A stretch of 62,562 nt of DNA, the filler included, from Chiloscyllium plagiosum (Eukaryota), in assembly GCF_004010195.1 (NCBI RefSeq). It is 6 parts of one record of this genome, joined end to end, with 100 filler letters (N's around TTAATTAATTAA, not from the genome) between each part and the next. Parts side by side here need not be neighbours in the genome. Positions count along the whole stretch, not along the records: positions 1 to 7,281 come from NC_057717.1; positions 7,382 to 20,425 come from NC_057717.1; 4 more parts are not named here. The stretch is one strand, 5' to 3'. The notes below the pieces were generated by a model that saw only the letters and a program-made list of their open reading frames with translations, was not told the DNA's origin and did not search any database. Shown piece after piece: positions 1-10,780 of this stretch (its first letter is position 1; each line of letters opens with the position of its first letter). The position numbers and the translations under genes were made by a program.

Positions 1-148
1 CCCAGAATGCAGTCCAATTGTCCAAATACCTGAAGCCCTCCCTCCAACACCATCTTTGCAGCCACGTGTGCAACTGCACTCTCTCCCTATTCCTTGCCTC
101 AGTGTCACGTGGCACCCGCAACAACAACCAGAGATGACGACTCTGTCC
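1..148 (-). mobile_element. CR1 LINE ORF1 (SGNH esterase-like) fragment
   Basis: Reverse strand reads RVVISG..VPRDTEARNRERVQLHTWLQRWCWREGFRYLDNWTAFW, typical of CR1 ORF1. Confidence 0.7.
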
Positions 149-405
149 ATTGGAATTGAGGGTGAATTAGCGGTTTGGATCAGAAATTGGCTAGCTGAAA
201 AGAGACAGAGGGTTGTAGTTGATAGGGAATATTCACCCTCGAGTTCAGTTGCTAGTGGTATACTGCAAAAAACTATTTGGGGGCGACTATTGTTTGTCTT
301 TTTGAAAATGACCTTAATGAGGGAATGGAAGGATGAGTTTGTAAATTTACTGTTCGCTGTAAGGTCAGTGGAGCTGTGGGCAGTTCTGAAGGATGTTACA
401 GGTAC
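149..405 (+). mobile_element. CR1 LINE reverse transcriptase fragment (degenerate)
   Basis: GIEGELAVWIRNWLAEKRQRVVV...SGILQKTIWGRLLFV matches CR1 RT GI.G....WI.NWL..R.QRVVV..SGVPQGSVLGPLLF. Confidence 0.8.
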
Positions 406-794
406 TGAGCTGTAATGTTCTATGTTCATGTACCTACAAGGGACTGAATAGCTTCCTTCTGTGATGTAATAATTCTGAGGTAGTCTGACCCACAATAAAA
501 GCTTTAGGTGCCTGGAGAGACAAGCTGGTCCAGTCAAGGACACCTACTGCACAAACATCCATCATCTCTTCCTGTTCTCTGATATGCAGCGGCCTAAAAA
601 TATCTGTCCAAACAAAATAGATTGATTCAAATTCAAGCAGTCTGGAGGACGTTCACCCGAGGGGATTGCCATCAGAGGATTTAATGAATAATGAGATTTC
701 AGAATAATACAAATAATAAAATAATATCACAGCAGCATAACAATTGGCAGCAGAGTAAAACTTACAGTTGCAAATAGTTCCAAGTTCAACATTG

Positions 795-942
795 TCTTCA
801 GCTTTGGTCACCTTGCTATAGGAAGGATGGTATTAAACTGGAACTTTACAGGGATTTTGCCAGGACTCAAGGGTCTGTGTCATAGGGAGAGGTTGGATAA
901 GCTGGGACATTTCTCTTTGGAGCGCAGGAGACTGAGGGGGGC
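795..942 (+). mobile_element. CR1 LINE ORF2 C-terminal fragment
   Basis: WSPCYRKDGIKLE..FTGILPGLKGL.HRERLDKLGHFSLERRRLRG. Confidence 0.75.
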
Positions 943-2050
943 ATGAAGTGCTTCGAGAGGCTAGTCATAGCCCACATCAGTTCCAGTCTCCCAGCCTGCC
1001 TCGATCTCCTACAATTTTCCTACCAGTGGAATGGGTCCATAGCGGATGCCATATCCCTGGAACATCTGGATAACAAGGACACCCACGTCAGATTCCTGCT
1101 CATTGACTATAGGTTCACCTTCAACACCATTATTCCCTTCAGACTGATCACAAAACTCCCTGACCTTAATCTTGGCTCCGCCCTCTGGAATTGGATCCTC
1201 AGCTTTCTGACCCACAGTGCACAATCAGTGAAAATAGGTAAGTGTGTCTCTTCCATGATAACATTCAACACTGAAATCCCAAAGGATGTGTCCTCCGTCC
1301 CCTACTATACTCCCTGTACACCCACGACTGTATTGCCAACTTTTGAACGAATGACATCGACATGTTCACTGATGACACCATCATAGTAGGACACATATTA
1401 AATGATGGCAATGCAAAATACAGTACGGAAATAGAGGGCTTTGTGATGTGCTGCACTGAGACCAACCTCTTTTTCAACATTGGCAGAACTAACCAACTGA
1501 TCAATGACTTCAGAAAGAAAGGAGGAGAACATGCCCCATCTACATCAATGGAACTGAAGTTGAAATGGTGGACAGCATTAAGTTCCTCGGAGTGAAGATA
1601 ACTGACATCCTGTTCTGGACTTCCCAGTTAGTTGTGACAGTCGAGATGACACAACAACGCCTCTTCATTCTCCCGCAGCTCAGGATATTTGGCATGCCCT
1701 CAAGGATCCTCACCAATTTCTACAAATACACCACCGAGAGCAAACCATCCGGGAGCATATTGGCCTGGTGTGGCTACAGCCCAGCCCAGAACAGAACGAG
1801 AAATGACAGAATTTTGCGTGCACAGCCCATGCCATGAAGGAAGCCAACCTCCCATCCATTGACTCCGTTTACTCGGCTCGTTGCCGCGGAAAGACTGGCA
1901 ACCAAATACCCATCGCACTCTGGATTACCTACAATCTCTTCCATCAGGCAGACTGTACAGAAGCTTAAACACACAATCCAGCGGCTCATGAACAGTATCT
2001 TGCCAACCATTGGCAAACTGAGGAAAGGAATATCTGACTTCAAATAGTGC
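943..2050 (+). mobile_element. Rex1/Babar-clade LINE, 5'-truncated decayed RT
   Basis: MKCFERLV..HI...LP..LD.LQF, LLIDY..TFNTIIP, WILSFLT, FTDDTIIVG, KFLGV.IT, QQRLF.L..LR.FG across frameshifted ORFs 943-1837. Confidence 0.85.
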
Positions 2051-2155
2051 TGATCTTAATCACGTTGATCTTGCCTATTGCATGCCATTCGTGTTGTAGC
2101 CTGTCTGCCTCAGTCTGTTTTGAGTTTACCCTCTGATCTGTACCCTCTGATTATT

Positions 2156-2525
2156 GTAGGAGCGAGATTCCCCAACTAGAGACAAGGACTCTGGAGGCAG
2201 ACAGGACACAGGCAGGGAGTGGACTTTAATTCAAGCAAAAACTGTTTATTGCAGGGAGATTACCAAAGGATCTTCCTCAAATCTGGCTTTGACATGAGAA
2301 GGCAATGGTTTCCTTAATCCTCAGCTCACATCAGAAGAGGGTCGCTGCTCCCAGTTACCTGGAGCTATGGGGTGGTGATTACCTCCTGGTTTTCACCTGG
2401 TGGAAGGTGGTGTTTACCAGTCACCTCAGAGGGTTCGTCGTTTCCTGTTTGGGAGGTTCTGCCCTCCTTTGTCCCCGCAGCGCTCTGTCTCTTCTGATGA
2501 TCACCCTCCCTGCGCCCATTTTTCA
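2156..2525 (-). repeat. Possible solo-LTR-like sequence
   Basis: Starts TG on + (CA end on -), minus-strand AATAAA near 2245, non-coding; other end overrun by a SINE. Weak. Confidence 0.3.
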
Positions 2526-2526
2526 T

Positions 2527-2836
2527 TAGCTTAGATTACTTAGTGTGGAAACAGGCCCTTCAGCCCAACAAGTCCACACAGACCTGCCGAAGCACTACCC
2601 ACCCAGACCCATTCCCCTACATTTACCCTTCATCTAACACTACGGGTAATTTAGCATGGCCAATTCACCTAACTTGCACATTTTTGAATTGTGGGAGGAA
2701 ACGGGAGCACCCGGAGGAATGCCACGCAGACACAGGGAAAAATGTGTAAACTCCACACAGAGAGTTGCCTGAGGCGGGAATTGAAACCGGCTCTCTGGCG
2801 CTGTGAGGCAGCAGTGCCAACAACTGTGCCACCGTG
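2527..2836 (-). mobile_element. HE1-type tRNA-derived V-SINE
   Basis: Reverse complement of CACGGTGGCACAGT..head, V-domain TGTGTGGAGTTT..CCTCCCACA and CR1-like tail ending TAATCTAA. Confidence 0.9.
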
Positions 2837-3748
2837 ACGCCCATCTTCACCATCCGAAGAGCTGCCTGTATCATCACCGTGCAGCTGTCGTTTCGCCCTT
2901 TGCTAGCAGGTTTTGGTGGCCTGGCGCGTTTTCCTCCTGTTTTTTAATAGGAATCCACTCCTCTGCCTCCTTGGTTCCCTCCTCCTCCATTGCCTCCGTC
3001 TGTCCTGTGGGAGCTTGGATCGGCTGCTGTCCCTACCTGCTGGCTGCTATCGACTCCGCCCCAGCCTTTCCTTCCTTCTGGGTGCCACCAGACACCGTTC
3101 CCTTGCTGGATTATGGTGCCTTGCTTATCTTTTGCAGTCCACCTCTGGCCATCTGTGCGTAGGTGGCGGATGCTCGTCTTGGGCAGGCCGTGTACACTTG
3201 GTCTGCCTCTCCACACAGATTACAGTTCTTGGCCTCTTTGTATTCCTTGGTCGGGTGACCCTCCTGTTTGCAGTTCCGACAGATAGTGACCTTACACTCA
3301 GCCGCAATGTGGCCTGACCTTCTGCAGGTTTGGCACTCTTTTGGCTGCACTCCGTTTGTCATGTACCTTCTACTCCCTCCGATTGCAAGGCTGTAGGGTG
3401 GGTGGAGGATGATCCCACGACATCGACCCTCAGGGTTACCCTGACGTGCCGCTTGCTGGTCCAGATTCTGAAAGGGTCAACCACATCAGTGCTTTCTGCC
3501 TCAACAAGGACATATCTTCTCAGAAAGGTGAGGACATCAGCAGCTGGAACGTGGGAGCTGTACATATGAATCGTAACAAACCGACTGCTCTGTGCAGGAC
3601 GCACACACAACAGCTGATAAGATGAAGAACAGAGGCTCCCCTTTCTTCTCCTTGAAGACCTTCAGGAACTGCTGGCACTGCTTCATGCTCCTGAAGGTCA
3701 CACCGAAATAGCCTGTCCCTGAAAAATCCTGCATGCAGCACACATCTG

Positions 3749-4677
3749 TTTTTTTTATTTCAAAAAATATACTTTATTCATAAAATAATTTGATAGTCTA
3801 TACAGTTGGTCATGCCATACATAAGCTGAAAATGTGTTGCTGGAAAAGCGCAGCAGGTCAGGCAGCATCCAAGGAACAGGAGAATCGACGTGTCGGGCAT
3901 AAGCCCTTCTTCAGGCTTATGCCCGAAACGTCGATTCTCCTATTCCTTGGATGCTGCCTGACCTGCNNNNNNNNNNNNNNNNNNNNNNNNNNNNNNNNNN
4001 NNNNNNNNNNNNNNNNNNNNNNNNNNNNNNNNNNNNNNNNNNNNNNNNNNNNNNNNNNNNNNNNNNNNNNNNNNNNNNNNNNNNNNNNNNNNNNNNNNNN
4101 NNNNNNNNNNNNNNNNNNNNNNNNNNNNNNNNNNNNNNNNNNNNNNNNNNNNNNNNNNNNNNNNNNNNNNNNNNNNNNNNNNNNNNNNNNNNNNNNNNNN
4201 NNNNNNNNNNNNNNNNNNNNNNNNNNNNNNNNNNNNNNNNNNNNNNNNNNNNNNNNNNNNNNNNNNNNNNNNNNNNNNNNNNNNNNNNNNNNNNNNNNNN
4301 NNNNNNNNNNNNNNNNNNNNNNNNNNNNNNNNNNNNNNNNNNNNNNNNNNNNNNNNNNNNNNNNNNNNNNNNNNNNNNNNNNNNNNNNNNNNNNNNNNNN
4401 NNNNNNNNNNNNNNNNNNNNNNNNNNNNNNNNNNNNNNNNNNNNNNNNNNNNNNNNNNNNNNNNNNNNNNNNNNNNNNNNNNNNNNNNNNNNNNNNNNNN
4501 NNNNNNNNNNNNNNNNNNNNNTCAAGGACACTACATGCTGACCACTTCCTGATGGACTTGTGGTCAAAGGCGCTTTTCTTCATAAACTTCTCCACGAAGG
4601 ACAGGTGGTGCGGAACGGTCCACGTACTCAGAGCGTTCTGCGGCAGCGAGGTCAGACCCATCCTTCGCACACATCTG
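3749..4677 (-). mobile_element. 5'-truncated Tx1-type LINE 3' portion (ORF2 end, 3'UTR, polyA) inserted in Tx1 ORF1
   Basis: RRMGLTSLPQNALSTWTVPHHLSFVEKF..FDHKSIRKWS at 4522-4667; minus-strand AATAAA and A-tail at 3749-3780; flanking duplication 3730-3748 and 4678-4696. Middle is an N gap. Confidence 0.7.
3823..3966. mobile_element. Penelope-like terminal-repeat fragment forming an inverted repeat, with hammerhead relics
   Basis: GCAGGTCAGGCAGCATCCAAGGAA..GGGCATAAGC followed by its reverse complement GCTTATGCCC..TTCCTTGGATGCTGCCTGACCTGC. Confidence 0.7.
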
Positions 4678-4924
4678 TGCATGCAGCACTCATCGGCTGC
4701 TTTAAACCCACAGCACTCAACCAAAATCTTCACAAACCCGCTCCGATTGACAGGTGTATGATCCTCCACCTTCTTCAAGTCACCCCGACTGTGTTGCGAA
4801 TGTCCTGGCCTGGGCTGCTGGCGGCTGCTGAGGCCATAGCTCCTAGCTTGGCTGGTCCCTGAATTGGCGTTTGGCCGAAGCCAGCATGAAGATCCACCAA
4901 GAGCAGGACAGCACAACCTGTATT

Positions 4925-6350
4925 TACGAACTCACTGTGTGAGTTCTTACAGAAAGACTTCTGAAAATCCAAACACACCACTTCCACTGGTTGTCCATTG
5001 TCTATGCTGCAAGAAACAACTTCAAACAATTCCGAAGTATGTCAGGTATGATTTCTCTGTCAGAAATAAACAATGATTCTCTGCAATGTTGCTGTTCATT
5101 TCTAAATGCCCAATATAACATCTTATATAGTAGATTCCAACTGTTACCCTACAGATGTAAAATTAATTGGTTTGCAGTCCTCTGCATTATCTCTTCTTGC
5201 CTGTGTATATAGTTGGATCATGTTTACTACCTGCCAGTTATCTACAATGGTTTATAGCCTTAACAGGATCGACAGGAAAATAAAACACAGTCACCCGACA
5301 GCTCAATTAATATGCTGATTTATTTCTGACATTTTGATGTGAATTACATCTGGCCCATCAGACTTAGGAATGATCAATCTAGCTTCACTTTCAAGTACTA
5401 TCTTGTTGCTGATACGCATTGACTTTATGTCTTTAGTTCCACAAGATCCATGTGACCACTTGCTATACCTCAGAGATTTCCTGGAGTTTTCTCGATGAAG
5501 ACAGGTGTGAGGTAAGTGGTTAGTTTCTGTGCCCTTGTCCTTTTCTACCACAATAAATTCTCTAATACCTTACAAATTTCCTCATTTGACCTTGCTTTTG
5601 TTTCCTTTAGTATATAGATCGTAGATGTAAGCAGTCTGTGAGTTTCCTGTTTGTTTGTATTCATGTTCTTTTTGATTTCCTTAACACTTCCTCCGTCCTT
5701 ATTTTCAGAAAAGTAAATCTCTCAGAATGTTCAGGTTTCCACAATATCTGGAATTCTCCTGAAACTGCTCCATTTGATTTACCGCAATCTTTACTTTCTT
5801 ACATTAATCATCATTGAGTCACCTTCCCTTTCTTTGATGTTTGTAACTTAGTGATATGTATGTATTTTTCAGACATTGCAGTATTTCTATCAACAACAGC
5901 CATTATTTGGCTCACACTAAATGTCATATTGTATTTTTCCAATTCACTTGACCCTCTCATCCCCGTGGTTCCATGATATTTGAGTATAATGTTCAAAAAT
6001 TGTATATTGCTTGCAGACGCCGGGTAAAATGCAGCATATTAATATCACGATTCCTCAAAAGCTACTTAAGAGCAAGATTATTAATTAGCCCTTGTGACCA
6101 CACAACACCACGCCCGAAATTACCTGCTGTCTAGTTTGATAAACAACATACTCTTCAATCTACCTCATATACATTTATGAAATTTACTTTTCACAGCATT
6201 AGCAATCATTTAGTTAACGCAGTTTAGATGCAATTTTAGATCATCCAGTACTACGGCAGCACCGATAATATTTGTATCTCTAATTTCTAGAGCATAGGAT
6301 GCACAAACTTTGCACATCAGTTTTGGTTTAGATATGTAAGGCACCAATGT
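4925..6350 (-). mobile_element. Old, highly diverged CR1 ORF2 (endonuclease-linker-RT)
   Basis: IPKSDGPDVIH (KSPGPDGIH), NWQVVN..LY..DCKPINFTSVG (NYRPVSLTSV), FEVVSCSIDNGQPVEVVCLDFQKSF (VDVVYLDFQKAF). Confidence 0.7.
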
Positions 6351-6384
6351 ATGTTCCTCCTTGTTGTTTATAAGATCGACGCAA

Positions 6385-6800
6385 ACTGATTCTGAAGAAG
6401 CTGAGGGATGTGGTCCGTGGTGTTATTAGTGATAGACGTGGACAAGACATTTGGGAGGCTCACCCCGATGCTGAGAGGATCCGAAGAAATGACCATCAAT
6501 ACAGGACATGCGTCAATAACCTTCCACACTCTGCCAGGGCAAGTGTTTCCGTATTGTCTCTAGTCCCTCACACTCACTGTATATCTGTTATATTCCTGAT
6601 GAAGAGCTTTTGCCCGAAACGTCGATTTTCCTGTTCCTCGCATGCTGCCTGACCTGCTGTGCTTTTCCAGTAACACTTTGATGTAAATCTTGTTTCCAGC
6701 ATCTACAGTCCTCACTTTTGCCATATCTAATATACCACCTAGCCCTGAACAAGGCGCTTGCTCCGCCACTCTCACTATTGCATGCAACACTCTCTTTCCT
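6385..6800 (+). mobile_element. PIF/Harbinger Myb/SANT-ORF relic
   Basis: RRNDHQYRTCVNNLPHSAR followed by degenerate donor GCAAG; nucleotide homology to 59860-60030 and the reverse of 38910-39120. Confidence 0.6.
6593..6722 (+). mobile_element. 130-bp Penelope-derived mini-element starting with a hammerhead motif, with TSD
   Basis: TTC-CTGATGA-AGAGCTTTTGCCC-GAAACGTC; flanked by ATATCTGTTATA (6581-6592) and ATATCTAATATA (6723-6734); the paralogous site at about 59965 is empty. Confidence 0.75.
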
Positions 6801-7325
6801 TCACTCTTTATGTCACTGAAAGCAAATTGAGTTTGAATTTACTGTTTTGCCAAAATCGAACCAGTAAGGCGATATAAAAATGCAGACATCTTGAAAATTG
6901 GAGAAAGAGCAGATGCCATCGAGACGGAAGAAGCCTGTGGATCAATCATCTCGCTCTGCAAGACATTAGGAAATACTCACTATCAAAGATATTTTTACAT
7001 ATGAAACATATTCACAGTAAACAGAAATATGACGACCCAGGGAATTCAACAGCCAGCAGAGTGACGTCACATTGGACAGCAGTGGCTGTGTGGTTTTGAA
7101 ATTAAGTTGATGTAAACTTCATAAATGTCTTATTGAAACAGCATATAGTTTATGAGTTGGAGGCAGATAATAATCAGTTGTGTGGGGGCTAAATTTGTGA
7201 GTAGTTGTTGTGTAATGTTCACTTTTAGAGTTTAAAAATAAATTCACATTATTTTCTTTAAATAATGAAATTTGAGAGTTCNNNNNNNNNNNNNNNNNNN
7301 NNNNNNNNNNNNNNNNNNNNNNNNN

Positions 7326-7337
7326 TTAATTAATTAA
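7326..7337. other. Artificial contig spacer TTAATTAATTAA in N-run (also 20470-20481, 40754-40765, 45423-45434, 52725-52736)
   Basis: Identical 12-mer with stops in all six frames, always embedded as 44N+12+44N. Confidence 0.95.
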
Positions 7338-7381
7338 NNNNNNNNNNNNNNNNNNNNNNNNNNNNNNNNNNNNNNNNNNNN

Positions 7382-8840
7382 AGATCATTGCCAACGGTAC
7401 TGCACTTTCCTCTCTTGCTTCCCACATAATCCTAGGATATATCCCGTCAGGCCCGGGGGACTTGTCTATCCTCAAGTTGTTCAAAATGTCCAACACATCT
7501 TCCTTTCTAACAGGTATCTCTTCTAGCTTACCAGTCCATTTCACACTCTCCTCTTCTACAATACGGTCCCTCTCGTTCGTAAATACTGAAGAGAAGTACT
7601 TGTTCAAGACCTCTCCTATCTTTTCCGACTCAATACACAGTCTCCCACTACTGTCCTTGATCGGACCTACCCTCGTTCTCGTCATTCTCAGGTTTCTCAC
7701 ATACGCATAAAATGCCTTGGGGTTATCCTTGATCCTATCCGCCAACGATTTTGCACCATACTTTGTGCAAAATTTTCTTTAACACTGATCTGGAACACAC
7801 TGGTGTATAGTTCACTGCTCTATCTCTGCAACCCTTCCAATAAAGGGTGTTCTCCAGTCCTCGGACACCTCACCTGTGACCAGATTCTGTTTAAACATTT
7901 GTATCAGCGCCTTTCATCCCTTGTCTCCAACAGCAGCCTGAGATATAACTGATCTGGACCTGGGGATTGGTCCAATTTTATACCAGCCAATACATCAATC
8001 CCTGCTCACATGTTACATCAATCTGTTCAAGAGCTTCCCAGTCCATCTTCTTGAATTCTGTACCTGCCACCTCCTTGTCCAAAGTAAAACAGACGTGAAG
8101 TTCTCATATAACAATCAATCAGCTTTCTTCATTTTCACACACAGATTCCCGCCTTGATCCCAGACCGAGTCTCCTCAGCCGACCATTGTACCATCTGAGA
8201 GATCAATCTGGAGAATGCAGGAAGGAAAGTATGCTGTATGCCTTCTTTATCATTCTATCGACCTGCCACTTTCAGCGAACAATGGACCTGAACACCCAGA
8301 TCCCTCTGCACATCAATTTTCCCCGGGGGTTTTTCCAGTTACTGTATAATTCGTTCTCGAATTGGATCTTCCAAAATGCATCACTTCACATCTGCCCTTT
8401 CTCCACCCAACTCTCCAATCTATCTACATTCAGCTGTGTTTTGTGACAGTCCCCTCAACTTTCTGCTACTCTACAATCATAGTGTCATCTGCAAACTTGC
8501 TAATCAGACCACCTATAGCTTCTATCAAATCATGTAAGTATATCGCAACAAACAGCGGTCCCAGCACGGATCCTTGTGAAACACCACACAGAACAGTTGT
8601 CCATTTTTATAAACTCCATTCCATTACTACTCTCTGTCTCATGTTGCCCAGCCAGTTCTCTAATCCATCTAGCTAGTACACCATAAACTCCTTGCGACTT
8701 CACCTTTTCCATCAGTCTATCTCATCAAACGCCTTACTGAAGGCCATGTATATGACATCTACAGCCCTTTCTCCACTATCAACTTTATCATTCCTCAAAG
8801 AATTCTATTATGTTTGCTAAGATGTGACCTTCCCTGCACA
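7382..8840 (-). mobile_element. CR1 LINE ORF2 fragments (young 7382-7750 plus older pieces)
   Basis: IKDNPKAFYAYVR..LNKYFSSVFT..IDKSPGPDGIYPRI; further LARWIR..QGSVLGPLLF-like RT pieces. Confidence 0.85.
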
Positions 8841-9959
8841 AATCATGGAAGGTCTTGTGTGGAGTTCGACTTGTTTTACTTTGGAGTCATACTGGTTTTA
8901 TTTCCCAAACAGGACTTTATAAAATGCCACAATGATTGGCTGCGTACAAATTGAATGTTGTTTTGAACGAAATACAATCTTTTAACAAATATAAATCTGC
9001 AAACGCAAATTAGATCCCCAGATTTATATGTGTGACTGTGCGAGAGATGCGGAGTGTGTGTGTCTGCTCCATTTGTTGTCACACACACCCAGTCTGTGGT
9101 TTCAGAGCTTCCATGCTCTGCAGCCTCTGCTCCATTTGTTGTTCATGTTACAGACCCTGATGCTGTAACTACAGCCCCATGCTCCATCCGGAGTTGGGTC
9201 ACCAAATCCTCTGGTGTCTCTGAATGTCTGAGGCAGCTCACAGCACAACCTCCAGCAAACCATCCCTAGCCTCTCCACTAAATTTTCAATAACAGGAGAC
9301 AATCAGACTTCCCTCCACTAAAAGTGAGTTATCTACTCCATTATAATTATACTTCAGGGTCCTCCTCGTGTTTCTGACCACGTGATCAGCTGAAAGGGAC
9401 AAACACAGGCGTTCAGTGGATAGGAACAGACCAAGTTTTAAAGACATGAGTCAAAGATGCTGAAACTCCCTGTTCAACATGGAGCACGACGTGGGACACA
9501 CCGATAAGTGAACAGCTGCTCTGCACACACACACACCTCTTCATGAAGCACCTCAAGGGACACACCAGGAAGTGAACAACAGCTCAGCACACACTCCCCT
9601 GTAGATGGAGTAACACATGGGACACAGCGGGAAGTGAACAATAGCCTGACACACGCCATTACATTATTTCTGAACTTCATAAGCCAGTATTCGATACAAT
9701 GCACAACCAAAAACCAAGGCGAGGGAAAGATACAGATGGACAGAGACGGACAATTCAGACTGAAACAGAGCATGTTGTTGAAATATGAGTAACAAACAAG
9801 GGAGTGGGTCTAACTGGAGCAGTGAGACCTTGGCGGGCCAGGTCACAAGAATGAGAACATTGAATAAAGGCATTGCCAGAGCAGCTGACCAAATTTGTTC
9901 CACGAAATTCTGAATCTGCCTCACAGAACAAAAGCAGAAACTATACACTGGGACAAGTC

Positions 9960-10095
9960 GACAAACCAGCATGGAGAGCAGCACAGCTTATGCCAGTGCA
10001 TTGCTCAGTAAGGTGGACTATCTGGCCAGCATGGGGAGCTGTGCAGACTATGCTAGTGTATTGCTCAGTAAGCTGGACCAGCTGTCCAGCATAGC
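9960..10095 (-). repeat. 60-bp tandem repeat (about 2-3 units)
   Basis: CCAGCATGG..GTGTATTGCTCAGTAAG recurs at a 60-nt period; reverse complement of 45190-45378. Confidence 0.8.
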
Positions 10096-10217
10096 AGTAT
10101 TGTAAAGCTTTGCCAGTATATTGCTGCTACATTTGCCCTACGCAACTGACTAACACGGGACAATTTACCGCCTATACTGCGAGTGACATTACATAGGCTC
10201 CCACAAAACAATGTGGG

Positions 10218-10780
10218 ACACGCTCAGACAACAACTCACCAGAACGAAGGACCCGATACCCAACATGAGCAAGACGAATGTAGTGTACAAAATACCATGC
10301 AAGGACTGCACCAAACACTATATAGGACAAACAGGAAGACAGCTAGCAATCCGCATACATGAACATCAACTAGCCACGAAACGACACGACCAGTTATCCT
10401 TAGTGGCCACACACGCAGAACAAAAGCAACATGAATTCGACTGGGACAACACGACTATCATAGGGCAAGCCAGACAGAGAACAGCCAGGGAACTCCTAGA
10501 GGCATGGCATTCATCCACAAACTCCATCAACAAACACATCGACCTGGACCCAATATACCAACCACTTCAGCGGACAGCTGAAACTGACAACCGGAAGCGG
10601 CAGGGACAGACCACTATAAACACCGGAGGAAACATCAAAGAAGCGCTTCGCAGGAGGCTCCCAAGCACTGATGATGTCGCCTAGCCAGGGGACGAAACGT
10701 TTGCAACAAAAACTTCCAGCTCGGCGAACAGAACCACAACAACGAGCACCCGAGCTACAAATCTTCGCACAAACTTTGAA
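10218..10780 (+). mobile_element. Penelope-like element 3' end: GIY-YIG endonuclease plus pseudo-LTR
   Basis: NVVYKIPCKDCTKHYIGQTGRQLAIRIHEH..HEFDWDNTTI..RELLEAWH..SIN in an uninterrupted ORF (10211-10684). Confidence 0.92.
10665..10704 (+). ncRNA. Minimal type I hammerhead ribozyme motif in Penelope pseudo-LTR
   Basis: GCA-CTGATGA-T-GTCGCCT(AGCC)AGGGGAC-GAAA-CGTT-TGC: stem I GCA/TGC, stem II hairpin, palindromic ACGT stem III, GUU site. Confidence 0.75.

Larger units (their letters stand above)
2840..4920 (-). mobile_element. Tx1-clade LINE 5'UTR and ORF1 (ZCCHC3-like gag with CCHC knuckles), split by a nested insertion
   Basis: ATG at 4837: MASAAASSPGQDIRNTV..FVKILVECCGFKAAD; resumes near 3745 with CCMQDF..YFGVTF, VPAADVLTFL.RY, IWTSKR, CQTCRRSGHIAAEC, CRNCKQEGH, CNLCGE; frameshifted. 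Confidence 0.85.

Noticed and set aside
3111..3743. ZCCHC3-like host gene
   Set aside because: Frameshifted, interrupted by a LINE with TSD and truncated by a SINE; better explained as Tx1 ORF1.
3790..4916. Long ORFs such as 323 aa and 352 aa, and similar ones at 14.2, 24.5, 27.3 and 47.5 kb
   Set aside because: They read through N gaps.
5040..6350. AT-rich minus-strand ORFs suggesting an endogenous viral gene
   Set aside because: Translation shows decayed CR1 ORF2 motifs (KSDGPDVIH, KPINFTSVG, LDFQK).
7282..7381. Palindromic TTAATTAATTAA motif recurring five times
   Set aside because: Always within a fixed 44N+12+44N block: an artificial spacer, not biology.
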